A DNA stretch of 64,000 bases. Origin: Lama guanicoe (lineage: Eukaryota). The notes below the pieces were generated by a model. It saw nothing but the letters and a program-made list of their open reading frames with translations. It was not told where the DNA came from and did no database searches. The DNA lies in the NCBI GenBank assembly GCA_013239625.1, contig MU054001.1, positions 6,807,078-6,871,077 on the forward strand, read 5' to 3'. How positions within the stretch are numbered: the stretch's first letter is position 1; the number at the start of each line of letters is the position of its first letter. Position numbers and translations under genes: made by a program. Below, piece after piece: positions 14,793-28,100 of the stretch.

Positions 14793-14950
14793 TTTTTTTG
14801 TTCTTTATTTTATTTTTTTAAAATTATTTGTTTGTTTTGTGGGGGGTAATTAGGTTTATATATTTATTTATTTAATGGAGGTACTGGGAATTGAACCCAG
14901 GCCCTTGTGTATGCTAAGCACGCACTCTACCACTGAGCTATACCCACCAG
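14793..14950 (-). mobile_element. tRNA-derived SINE inside a MER5A-like DNA element (about 14675-14997)
   Basis: Reverse-complement head and T-rich tail; the flanks read as MER5A halves. Confidence 0.85.
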
Positions 14951-15969
14951 CCAAGCAGTTTGTTTTTTTAATGAGCCAAAGTTTGAGAACCACTGTCCTA
15001 AGGTACAGTGCCCCCTACGCGGATGCCTGGGCCTTACCCCCAAGAGAGGTGTGTGGGTGTGCCCTGGCATTTGGCATTTTTAAAAGCTTCCTTTGTGATT
15101 CTAATACGCAACCAGGATAGAGATCCCAGCTGTGTCATTCTTCTACCTCACCACAGTTAGAAGCTTCACCCTTCCCCCAAGCAGTGGGTGTAAATAAACC
15201 AGTGTGGCGGGCAGCTGCACCCATTTTCTGCACTCAGGAATTCAAGTGGCGCTTTCAGCTGATTGATGCATCATTTGATGTTCCCAAGAAGCAGATTCTA
15301 CAATCAGCTCCACTGTGTTTGGCCCTGACCCAGTTTATCTCAACAAAGGAGGAGAGAGGAGCCCTTGTTCTCGGCACCTGAATAGCAACGGGGGCACATG
15401 AAGCCAGCAGCCCAGAAAGATCAAAACAGGCAGAACTGTGCATTTTTTTAAAAGAAAAATATGCAAAATTAGGAGTACTTTTCAACTTCTGGAAACAGGT
15501 TTTTTTGGTTTGTTTGTTTTTGTTTTTAATATGGCATTTCCTTTTCAGGCCTCAAAGTACACAGTAATGCTGTGTCAAAGAAAAACAAAAATGCAGACAC
15601 CAGCAAGCTGAAAACTGGTTCAGAAGAACAAGTAGGAGTAAGGTAAAATGAGGCCTATGATTAATGATGACGGTTTGTGTGTAACCTGTAACCTCAAAGA
15701 GAAGATTCTTTGCAAATGCAAGAACAGGAAAGAAAACTGGCCTTAATAATTAATACAATCCTGCACAAGTAAACGCCTGCATTTGCTCACCTCCTAAGGT
15801 GGCCTGCAGCAAATCTTATAGCTTTATGTTAGCAAATCTGGAATTAGACTGGCCACCCAGGAGTGAAGAGGACGTCACTGTTTCTTAGCTCTTCAGTGTC
15901 CAGATGATCAGTACGCCGGCCGCCCCGCCCCACCCCCGAAAGAAACTGACAAGGAAGTGAAGCGCAGAC

Positions 15970-16213
15970 CTGTGGGGTTCCCGGGGTTGATGATGCACAG
16001 CACCTTGGGGTCACAGTGCTCCTTGGCCTCCCGCAAGGCCCGCCGGAGCTCGTTCACATTCAGGGCCCAGCAGTTGTCCTCATCCAGGTAGTAGTTCACC
16101 TGGATGGCATCGAGTTCAGAGATGACCGCCGAGTAGAGGGGGTACTGCGGGATGGGGATCATCACACCCGTCCGGGTCTTGCCGCCTCCGGAGACCAGGA
16201 TCTTCAAGATAGT
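15970..16213 (-). CDS. GPT2: GPT2 exon 6 (244 nt)
   Basis: [11 protein letters not shown]...[11 protein letters not shown]...CIINPGNPT; gcag|ACT and AG|gtctgc. Confidence 0.96.
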
Positions 16214-18094
16214 CTGCAACCAAGAAGTCACACCTTACAGGACCGCTGCCACTTCCCAGCCCCTGGGGGCTGACCCGCAGACCAGCTGGAGGGCATCTCA
16301 CCAGCCACCCCACTGCCTGCCTCCAGCTGTTGAACTTCCCTGAGTCTCACCTTCCTCATCTGTGAATTGAGGTCGGCTGTGAGAAATAAGCAGAATGCTC
16401 TCAAGTTGTCCGCACAGTGCACCACACGGACTTAAAAGATTCAATACTTGTTAGTATTTTTCAAAGAGATCTTTTCAAGCAGTAGCCTTGTCTCAGAATT
16501 ATTCTGACTTCACCCCTGAAACTCATTCTGCATGTCTAGGGTGGAGCCCAGGAATCTGTCTGGTCAGTGGTGCCCAAGGTTGGACAGAACCCTGAACAAA
16601 GAAGGGATTGTTGAAACGGGACAAGAACACCAGCTACTGCCACCAGGTGGCGCTTCAACACAGTGGTTTCCAAAACTGAGTGGGACCTGTTTTCCTACAA
16701 TTCCTGCGAAACCAGGACTTGGGAGCTCTTTGGGGCTTGGGTGGAGGTGGCAATGATTTACTGAATTAATAAGCCCGAACTCTCTTCTGGGAGAGTCCCC
16801 ACCTTACACACAGGCTTAGCTCCTTTCTCAGGCTCAGGTCCTTGCCGCACTGGATTAAAAACCACAATGACCCAACTCTCTTCACTAAATCTTGAGGACC
16901 CCTTCTCTGGGACCTCTACCTGGGCTTCCCTGGGAACGGAGAGGGGGCTTGAGGGCAGAGCACAAGGGGGGATGCCATGGTTGGGGGCTGAGTCCAGCAC
17001 TAGGGTCCCAATGCCACGAGAGGCTGACCTAGAGGAGGGAACCAGTAAGAGTTCAGTGCATCTGAAAGGCTGTGGGAAAGGACTGATGCTGCAACAAACA
17101 TCAAAACAAGAGCCTCAGAGGTCAAGAGACATGAACCACCCCATCACCCAGCACCAACTGGGCGCTGGGGAGCCTGCTGGAACGAAAGGGAGGCCGCAGG
17201 TCCCTCAGTCCCAGGGTTCAGCCCCTTGTGCTAAGGAAGCCTTGATACCAGCCCTCTTCCCCTCATCCATGGCTGATCCCCAGTCACCTCTTCTCTTGCC
17301 TCCTAAACACTCCCTCACATCTACTACCCCTCCCAGCCGAAGGTAAAGCTTAAGAACATAAATCCAATTATGTGCCCCCGCCTGCTTCAGATCTTTCAAT
17401 GGCTCTTAGGACCATGACCCAAATCCTCAGCGTGGCCTCTGAGGCCCTTCAGTACTCAGGCCTCCCGGTGCACGGCTGGTAACTGGCCCTCACCACATGC
17501 ATTCGTCCCTCCAACTCCCCACTTCAAAACACGCAGCCTCCTTCCAGCTCAAGGCCTCTGCTCCAAATACTCCCCCTGCTCTGCCTCCTGGAGTTCACAC
17601 CTACACATCCGCCAGCTCTCTACCTGCTCAGCCATCCTGAGAAAGCCTCCTGCCCTCCCCCCAGGTCAGAGCTCCTGCTACTCCCTTCTGTAGTACTTTG
17701 TCCTCTTCAACCAGGAGAGAAACCGAAAGCTTAACGATCTGACATGTATTTATGGGATATTAATATTAATGCCAGTCTGATCTAGCACTGGTGTGTAAGC
17801 AGAGACCAAACGTGTTTGGCTCCCCATGGTCTCCCCAGCACCTGGCACAGTGCCTGGGAGGAGGAAGACCGTGCATGCTGAGTGAGAGGCCGATGCTGCC
17901 AGAAAGATGGGCACTCAAGTGCCCCGTGACGCCTCCCTTCTGCACCTGGAGGGAATCCGGGGCTGCAGTAGTAGCCAGGTTCACAAAGACTGAACAAGGA
18001 AAGGACAGAGGGCTACCAGGTAAACAGCAGGGACCACAAGCAGCCAGTGTCTCCTCCCAGGCCTGGCCCCCTAACGGCCCACGTGCTTGCCCTA

Positions 18095-18466
<372 letters not shown>

Positions 18467-18479
18467 CTATCTGGGCTTT

Positions 18480-18600
18480 ACCCACCCACCCTCTCACCCA
18501 TCCATCTACCCACGTGTCTGCCCACCTACCCATCCATCTGCCTGTCACACCCATCTGCCCATCTTCCCACCCTCTCACTCATCCATTCATCCACCCAATG
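18480..18600. repeat. Degenerate (CCAY)n low-complexity repeat, probably an L2 tail expansion
   Basis: cccacccacc...catccatctacc...atccattcatcc. Confidence 0.65.
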
Positions 18601-21600
18601 TTTACTGAGAACCTACTTATACATCAATCATTATTCTAGACCCTGGCTTCTAACCAGTTAAATGGCGCCCACACCTGTTTCACCCACCCTCCCAGGATGT
18701 ATACATGTTCCGTGACAGTATCTATCATTATAGCTGGGACTGCAATGCTTTCATCACTATTACCTACACATGATTACAAAGAATGTGAGAGAATGGGTCA
18801 ACCCAAAATGGTACCACCTGCCAGCCCAGGAGTTTGGAGCCCTAGCCAGCACCAACCACAGATCCCCGGGGCTGCTGAGCATGACATCCCCCCACCCCCA
18901 CCCCATGTCAACAGTATCGTCAGGCTGCCAGTTAGCATTAAAATCCAAACTACCATTTATATGAGGTTCAAAAACAGTGGTGACCACTTAGGGGTTGGGG
19001 GTATTGACTGCAAAGGGGCATGAGGTGCCTCCTGTGGTGCTAGAATGTTTAATGTCACGACCTGAGCGGGGGTGGCACACGTGCAAAAATTATTCAAGCT
19101 GTACATTAATATTTGTGCATTTTACTGAATGTATGAAAACTTGTTAAAAATGTCAGGGCACTATTTGTTTTTAGAAAGAGATTGAAAATAGGAATCTGCA
19201 CACGCACGAAATCTCTCTGGAAGGAGACTCAAACTGGTGAGGTGAATTCTCTGGGGAGGTGAACGACGAGGCTTGGGGTCAGATTTTTCACTATATCCCT
19301 TTACACCATTTGAATTTCATACCACATTTAAAGAAAACCAGCCTATTCCTTCTAGGACTACCACAAAACCACCACTAGGAGGGAGGACGGGGCTCTGGAG
19401 AGTGACTGGCTCTTGTCTGAGCCTCAGTGCTCATCAGCCCAAGCCCCGCACCCAGGAGGCGCTCACTGTAAGGGTCTGTGCAGCACTGGGCTTGCCCTTC
19501 CCCTCTGACCATCTGTAAAATGGGCGGGGGTGGGGGGGCTGGACTACTTTTCTAAGGTTCAAGCGGCAAACAGTAACACACATCAAATCAGGGTGGTGGG
19601 TACAGAGCCTTCTGTCACATTATCCAGGGTATACTAATGCATTTGAAATTTTCTGTAAATAAAAAAGTGGGGAGGTGCAGATGCTGGTGTTGGAGAATCT
19701 TTCTTCCCTGGGGTGATCTATTTGCTATTTCTGAGCTCCTGTGCTCAGAAGCCTTCCAGTGCCTCCTATTTCCCTCCGCTTTCTTTCAGTGCCCTCTCCT
19801 CCACTCCATGGGGCCTGGCCATTTCCATGCCAGACAAGCCTCCTCTTTCTGCCTCTAGTTCACTTGCTTCCCTGAATTTCCAGGCCTTCACCCACTAGCA
19901 AGCTCTCTGCTCCTGCCAGCCACAGATTTTCTGCCCTCTTCCTTTAGCTGCTCTGCTATAGGTGGAACCACACTGATCCTTCATACTAGATCCTCAGATC
20001 TTGTCTCTCTCCCTAGGGCCCAATGTACTGTCCGACCACAGCCTCTATTCTAGCCTATGATTTCTCTGGTGATTTTATTACATTCCAGTGAAGCCCTGCC
20101 CCCTCTATGTTGACATGAGGGCAGGGACCGTTACTGATTTCTGTGCATCTCTGTAGAGCATCTACCCCTTTTTGGGCCCTGCTCCACCACAGTCCTCCGT
20201 AGGACCCACTGCTCTGAACCTGACAGTAACCTTCCTCCTATGGCCCACAAACTGGCACCATCACCACTGCCAAATCCCCCGGCCTCATCACACCCAAATC
20301 CTTTCACTCAATCACACTCCAGTCTTAAACCTCAGGGCCTTTGCACACACTACTTCCCATCTGGCAGGCATTAGCAGATTCTCTTTACTCATCCTCCATG
20401 TGAATTTGAATGCAGCTTTCTCCTTAAAACCTCCCTCTATATTAGAATCCCTTGTTATAACCCCACAGCTCTCTGCTTCTTTTCTAAGAACTCATGAAAA
20501 CCAGGGACTATGTTTCTGTGTTAATTCTTTTTAATGTTTGTTTCTCCCAAATCTGACAGTGAGCTTCATGAGCACAGAAACTCCACCTGCCTTGCCCACT
20601 AGTGTCCCTCAGAGCCTGGAGCTGTGCCTGGTATATGGCGTGTGCTCAGAGAGGAGCTGGACGAGGGCATATACCTGCCATCTCCCACCTGCCCTACATG
20701 TGTCTGAGAGTCGTCTCAATCCTACTCAAGATCCAGGACAGTCTGAGAACTGGGTCACTCATCAAACAAAAAATAAATGAAGCCCCAGTAAGAAATAATT
20801 TTAAAGATCATGATAAAAACATTTAAGAGCTCCAGGTGAGCTCTAAGACCCTGTGTGCGCATTTAATCCCTACCAGGGTCAGGGTGGCCCTGGAGCATAA
20901 TGACATTTTTCAATTCCTCTATTTCTCTGGGCAGGTGCTCAGGCTGCCCGAGGCTTGGCTGACAGAGAGCACCACCCACCATTTTCCCCGTTAAGGGCCA
21001 GTACTGCATTGTCCACCCCCCCCCCACCACCCTGCAATGGGCAGGAACCGGGAGTGACCTCTGGGGCAGGGCTTCTCCGTATCTGTCAATGGGCTTTAGC
21101 ACAAACGTCAACCTTCGCTGCAATCCCAGGAGGTGGGTACAAAGTACTTTAGTTCAAGGATGAGAAAAGAGGCTCAGAGAGCACCTGCCTCGCCTGTCCT
21201 CCTGAGCTCCTCAGACAGAACCCAGTGCAGGTCCCCAAAACCCCGAAGGCCATCAGTTCTCTTGCTACAACACCTCCAGGGGAGCCTCACATGGACTTGG
21301 CCTCCCAACCCCATTCCCTCAGCCCTGGCTGACAAACAGTGACACAAACTTGTTGGTGAGGCTTAGTACAAGGAACAGGGGGCCCCTACCCATTCCCCAG
21401 TCACATCAGACCTGCAGGAGCAACCCCCCTCCCCCACCTCTGGGCTGAGGGGCTTGGAGTCTCAGGCCCACGGCCATGGGTCTCTGAGAAGCGCCTCTGT
21501 CCTCTGGGCGGGGCAGAGGGTGCAGGAGGAAAGGAGCTTGGAGGCCAGGCCTCTGGGCTGCTGCGCTGCCCTCTGACAGCCTTGCCACACAAGGTGCTGG

Positions 21601-22580
21601 CCCACACCCCATCCAGGCTGACAGGCAGAAAAGTAAAGGGCAGCTGGTCCCTTCCTAGAGGGATACCATGAAGGACACAGACTTGGACAGAGGGCTGGTA
21701 GGGTGCCCACAGCTAGGAAGGGCTCTCGATGAAGAGACAGAGCAGGATGGGGGGAAGGGAAAGGCAGGGAGGTGACAGAGAGGACAAGTGTGGCTGGCTG
21801 ATCCCCTGCTGCACAAGCCACGAGAATCCCTGTCCCACGTTCCAGAACATCCAGGCACGTGTCCTAAAAAAGCCCTAAGAACAACTGTTTTCCTCAGGAC
21901 AAGGGAAGCTGGATTCTTTGTGTAGGCAGAGGACAACGGAATGAGGCAAAAATAAACAGGAAAAAGAACATGAGATGAGAACAAAGAGCTAGAGGCCTGA
22001 GGCTGAAAATCCATCTCAGTGGAGAAGGGAGAGAGATTCATTTTCACATCAACAGGGGCCAAATTCCAGGCCTCGTCCCTGAGCCCTCTGGGCGTGGGCT
22101 CCAGGCACAAAGGACTGGAACACAGCAACGTGGTGAGTAGGCAGGACCGTTAGAGCGAGGAAGCCACCAAAAGGGGCCCAGAGGCACCTTGCAGCACGTC
22201 CCTTCCACAACAACTGACCGCCACCTCCTGGATGATTTGGGGACATGTGTTCAGGCTGGACAAGGTCCAGCCCCGGGCTGACCTCCCGTTCTGAGGGAGG
22301 GCTCAGCTTCAAACCTGGCTCCCAGAGGTAAACCCCAAAGGCAGCCTCTGGCGCCTGAAGTGCCCCAGTCCACCAAAAGCTGTCATTCACCCCGTCAGCT
22401 CAGCAGACAGGAGGCTAACAGAGCACGGACTGTTCTTCGTTGACTCTGCACGTCAGCCACCCCCCACACACTTGCACACTCACTCACACACAGCCCTCCA
22501 TTTGGGGCCAGGGTCCAGGCCCACACTGAGAACACACGGTCTTTTCAGGCCCGCGAGGACCTGGCAAGTTGGGACCTCAC

Positions 22581-22689
22581 CCAGGCTGTTTCCGCCACAA
22601 GCCTGTAGGATCCGACGGGCTCTTTTCTTAGCATCTTCTGGGAAGCTGGGGCTGTCCAACAGGTTTGGGTAGGTACAGAGTGCCATCAC
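22581..22689 (-). CDS. GPT2: GPT2 exon 4 (109 nt)
   Basis: [36 protein letters not shown]; cag|GTG and G|gtgagg. Confidence 0.96.
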
Positions 22690-24642
22690 CTGGAGGAACA
22701 GAGGCATGGGCTGGGCTCCCAGCACCTCCCACCCCGGAGCCCCAGGAGGGGCACAGAGGACGCGGGGCAGGAGACCGTGGGAAGATGACAATTCTGAGGG
22801 ACAGTGCCACACAGGCCTCTCCCGAGGACCCCGGCAGGAGGAGGACAGTGGGCTCTCTGCAGCAGAAGGGAGACTGTGAGAGGCAGGCTCCATGATGACC
22901 TGGGCCTGGGCCAAGGGTGGGCCGCCAGGAGAGGAAGCCGGGAAGAGCAAGGCTGCTACTCAGCCCCCGCCCCACCTCCTCCGTAAGGGACAGCCGCTCA
23001 CGTACCCAAGGCCACAGGATCAGGGGTTCCTGAGCAGAGGGCCGGGGTTGGGCCCACCTGATAGTACGGCACAGACGCCTCTTTACTCCCAGCCTGAGTC
23101 CCCTCCCCCTTTCCTCACCATCACCCCTTTTCCTGGCCACAGCTAAACACCGGGTCAGCGTTCTCATCTCTGTAACAGAGAAATCGCCCTAACCTCCTCA
23201 CAAATTAAGAGGGTTAAGTAAGGAAATGTTTGCAAAAGTGCCAGCAAATCCTAGCTCACCGGGCAAGTCTAAGCTGGAAGCTTAGGAGTGGAGCCAGGAA
23301 CACTGAGGGGAGTGGGGGCTCAGGGCTCTGACACCAGCTGAGTGATTTCAGATAGACGCCAGCTTCTCAGAGCCTGGCTCGTCTTCATTTGTACCAAGGG
23401 CAGTGACCCAGCCTGCCCTCCTGCCAGGGGTGCTTGTGAAGATCAGAGGAGATGCATGAAGGCTGGAGGAGGCCTGCACCAGGTGGGAGAGCCTGAGCCT
23501 GCCATGGCTGGCGGCAGGGCTGGATTGGACTGTGTCAGCCAGCCAGAAAAGGCTGAGGCCACAGGACTGTGTTTACACCCAGAGCCCCAGGCATCTGTAG
23601 GGAACTTCTTCTGTTCTCTCCTTTCCAAAGCTTCGTGCTTCCAGGATGAGCTTTCAGGACAACCAGGACATTCTGACTTCCTCCTGCCTCTACTTCCCCA
23701 GACCACTCTGTCTGGTCTGATCTGCTGCCTCATCCCGGGACCAGCCTGGGGCCTCTGACATTCGTGGGGAGCTGACACGCCCCTGAGGTGAGCAGCAGGG
23801 GCCACAGGTGGGAAGCACAGAAGACGTTCCTCAGGTCGTGGCCAGTCTCGGTTCTTTTCCTCCACACCCTGTGTGAATTCCCTGAGGGGCTCCAGGCTGA
23901 GGCCCCTGGTCTTGACACCCCTCTGCCCAGAGAACAAGACAGGGTCGCCCATCCTGCATGCCAGCTCCTACAGCAGGAGACGCAGGCAGAGAACAGAAGA
24001 CTGGGGCCTCCAGCACTCAGCTTTCCTGCCTGGGAACCTTACCCACACAAGGACCACATCTTGTCCAAACAGGTCCCAGTTCTTCTCTGGGAAAAAGCTT
24101 TCTCCACATCTGGTCTCCAGCCTCTGTTCAGGAGTCCCCATGGCACTCTCCCACCTTGTCTTTTCCCCTCCAGGCCACCGATCCCACAATTTTGACCCAT
24201 GCAGTATCCCTTGGCTGGTGCTCAAACTGAAATACTGAAATGTGCCTCTTGGCGGCCTTCACACTCAGCATCTCCCCAAGGCCCCCAGCAGTCCTCCGAG
24301 GCAGTGTTCTGGTGCTCTCCACTTGCCTAAAGCCACTCAGCTGGTAAGCAGCAGAACCAACACTCAAACCCGAGGCATCTCACTTGGGAGGCCACTTCTG
24401 GACCCCTAGACACCACCTCCCAGCCCACTGGGCCTCTACCTCTCCCGCCTACTCTCTGATGCCCTCACCAACTCAGCTCTGAACTCAGCATCCAGGACCA
24501 TGCACTGTGGAAGAGCATCCCTGGAGCCTTGTACATTAGAGCAACCGCACGATGGGTTTAGGAGTTTTAGACAAGCTGGGAAGGGGAGGAGACTGAGGGA
24601 GAGAACCAGGGGACATCAGCACTGGAGGGGGCTGCTACTTCA

Positions 24643-24897
<255 letters not shown>

Positions 24898-24949
24898 TTA
24901 GAGACTCTAGACCCTGGGTTCCAAAGGCCAAGCAATGCTCCACAGGATA

Positions 24950-25195
24950 TTAATAAGCTGCCCTATTCTGAGCCTTACCAGGTGTCGGGCACAGTGCCCA
25001 GCCCTTGACATGCCTGGTTCCATTTGACCTTCACAACCATCCCCATAAGGAAGAGTCAGTATCCATCCCATTTTACAGATGAGGAAATCAAGGCTTCAAA
25101 AGGCTAAGAAACTTGCCTGAGGCTACATAGTTGGTAAATACAAGTACTGGGATTTGAAGCTTAACTCCAAAATCACTTCTTAAGCTCCACCATCT
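24950..25195 (-). mobile_element. MIR SINE
   Basis: Core cccattttacagatgaggaaa. Confidence 0.7.
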
Positions 25196-28100
25196 CCCAC
25201 TTTCTGAAAAGGCTAGAGGAGCCCTCCTGGGTGGACAGAGTTCCGAGGCAGCTGCAGGTCCATGCTGACCCTGGGGCAGATGTGGTGGGAGGGAGGCAGG
25301 GGTGGGGCAGAAGAAGATGCCAAACACCAGGGAGAGGATCCCACGACTGCCAGCTCCCCATCCCCAAGTGTAGCTCCACCCCGACAGCCTAAGTGAACGG
25401 CCAGGGGCACCACAGCCTCCCTCCCCTTCGATCAGCAGAGACCTCTAGGGGTTGTGGTCTTCCAACCTTGGCTTTGCAGAATGAAGAATGTGGGCTGATT
25501 TTCACATCAGGATAAAAACACTGGCTGAAGAGTAAAATTGAGGCCACTGCCTGAGCAACGTGTTTAGCACAAAGCAGAGATCGCAGAGAGAGGAGGAACT
25601 TAGAAACCCAGACACAGGCTGCTGCAAAGGGCAAAATGCTGTTTGGATGGAGAATTGTGGGGACCTGGAACTGTGGCGATTCTACACAGCTCCCTGATAA
25701 ATCCAGAATTAGCCACTGTAAGAGTCAGAACCAACAGTGGGTTCGGGGACCTCCCCGGGCAGCTGAAAGGATTATCTGAGACAAACAGTGTGAAAACACT
25801 TGGCAGAGTACAAATATCATCTTACAAAGCCTGACCAGGAACAAGGTTGCAAAGGGCATGATGGAGGAAGGAGGGGCCAAGAGGTGGCAACACCAAGAGG
25901 TGGCCTGGGTGGAATGCCTGGCCACCTTCCCATCTCCTGCTGCCCTTTCCCCAAAGGCACCCTAAATACAAATTTTAAAGATACAATTCTATGGTTTTGA
26001 CACTTGTCTCCATTTCACACAATGTGTGAATAAAACTTCAGAAAACATTTTTTCCTCTTTAAAATCTTTAACATACACTTTAAACCAAAACCAGCTGGTT
26101 TAAGGGATGAAAGCAGCTGCCAAACAGGTTTTCTGACCCTCGTTTGCTGACCCTAAGCCCCTTCTGTATAGATTCTCTAGCTGCTTCAGGAGCCAGGAGG
26201 CACAGTGGGCTGAGCAGGGCGCCCCAGAAACGGCCCTGGACCTTCATAACCAGGGCCTGATAAGTCTCCAAAAGCTATTTCTGGGGGTGGGGGGTGGGGA
26301 AGTCTCTTTAATTCCCTTGTGCCCCTTTTACCAAGTTCTTCAGGGCTGGCCAATATGGAAAGCGGCCTGGAGGGGCCAAGACAGGGGGTTAAGCACTGCC
26401 CACTGCCCAGGGAGAGGCCAGGGGTGAGGGCGGGTAACCTGGAGACAGGCCCCCGGTGTGTGGCCTCAGGGCTCATCCTACAGGTGAGATGACCCAGGCC
26501 ACTGAGTGCAAAGGGGCGGGCCTGACCCACCCCTTGGCACTGGCCTGGGCTCCTGGCACAGGACCCTCTGCCAGCCTGACTGAATCGCCACGGTCCCCCC
26601 AGGCTGGCCAGTTGAACGCAGGTGATTTCAATGGTGTGGGCACAGCCCATTCTTCAGTAGGAGGCAAATCTGTCAAGGTCAAGGGCCAGGAACTACAACA
26701 CATGGTTGCAGGCCTTCCGCCAGCCCAATGCAGGGAAAGAATAAGGCCTGGAACAGATTCCTGGATGTTCCTTTTCTGTGCCCTCCCCTTGCAGTCACTG
26801 ATCAACCAATTCGGGGCCTGCTGACAAGGAGCCTAGAAATGCCAAGAATCTCCTTTCTGGGCTCTGGGGCACCCAGACCCCAGACACGTTCCTATGATGG
26901 ATGAGCTGGGCAGTGGGAAACTGGCTTCTTCGAATGGGCGGGGGACCAGCCTGCCCAGCCAAGGGCCACCATACAAAGGAGACTCCTGTATCTAGGCACT
27001 CGAGGTCTATAACAGTTGGGAAACACCAAGGAGCCAGAGGCAGGCTCCTGCCCAGTGACTCATTCAGGCCTGGCAAGCACACCCAGTGGCGACCTCGCCT
27101 CCGCCCCACCCCCAGGAGCCTGCCAGGTCAGCACGTAGCTTCCTAGTTGATTCCCAGCATTCTAGAGCCCACCTGTCTAACTCACCTGCACACACCCTGC
27201 CCAGATCTGCCTCCCTGTAGGGTACTGAGATGAGACCCATCGCAGGGGGGCTCCCTTCTCACCATTCAGCTCAAGCAGGACCCAGGGAGCAGGCCCCCGG
27301 GATCTGGGGATGGCATATTTCAGACGGTATTAGTGGGGAGAAGGAAAAAGGAGTCATCATTGTCCTTCCCAGCCCACAGGCCCAACACTGGGACAACAGA
27401 TGATTCCAACGTGAACAAGGCAGTTTCCTCGAGGGGGAGACGGCCCCTGTCATTTCATGACCTGTGAGCACGAAAGCTTGTGGGACAGTTACTCCTTGGG
27501 ACCCTCCCCCTCAACAAATACTTATAAATCATGCCCTGTGACAGAAGTGGGTAACACAGGAGAGGCCACCACCTTCAGGGCCCAGGCTGGTGAAGAATAA
27601 GAAGTGGGCACAGAGAAGACAGAGAGGGCATAGCAGGCCCCAGGCCAGGAAGGCCACATGAAAAGACGCTGGGACCGTGAGCAAGACGGAGGGGATGGTG
27701 GGGGGCCAGGCAGGAAGTCCTACAGAGAGCTCCAAAAAGAGACTCCAGAGACAAACTCCAACTAGTCCCAGCAGTGCCTGAAAACAGGTGCATTTCATAG
27801 CTGAGAAAACTGAGGCTAGACCCTGTGCTGACTATTACAACAAGCCACGCTGGAAGAAACTGAGCCAAAGCTATACACACCTATGATGAAGAGATTAGGT
27901 GGGAGCTCCAAGGGCTGACTTTCCTAGCCACGAAAGCAGGGGAGGCTGGATGTAGGCTCCTGAACTCTGGGGGTCTGGGGGAGGGTCAACCGTAGAAATT
28001 GAGAATTGCAGGGCAGAAACAGGGATGAAAGTTGGATGAGCTCCAAATAGGATAACTGAAGACAGCAAGGCTAAGTTCTGGGCAGGAGAGAGCAAACCCC

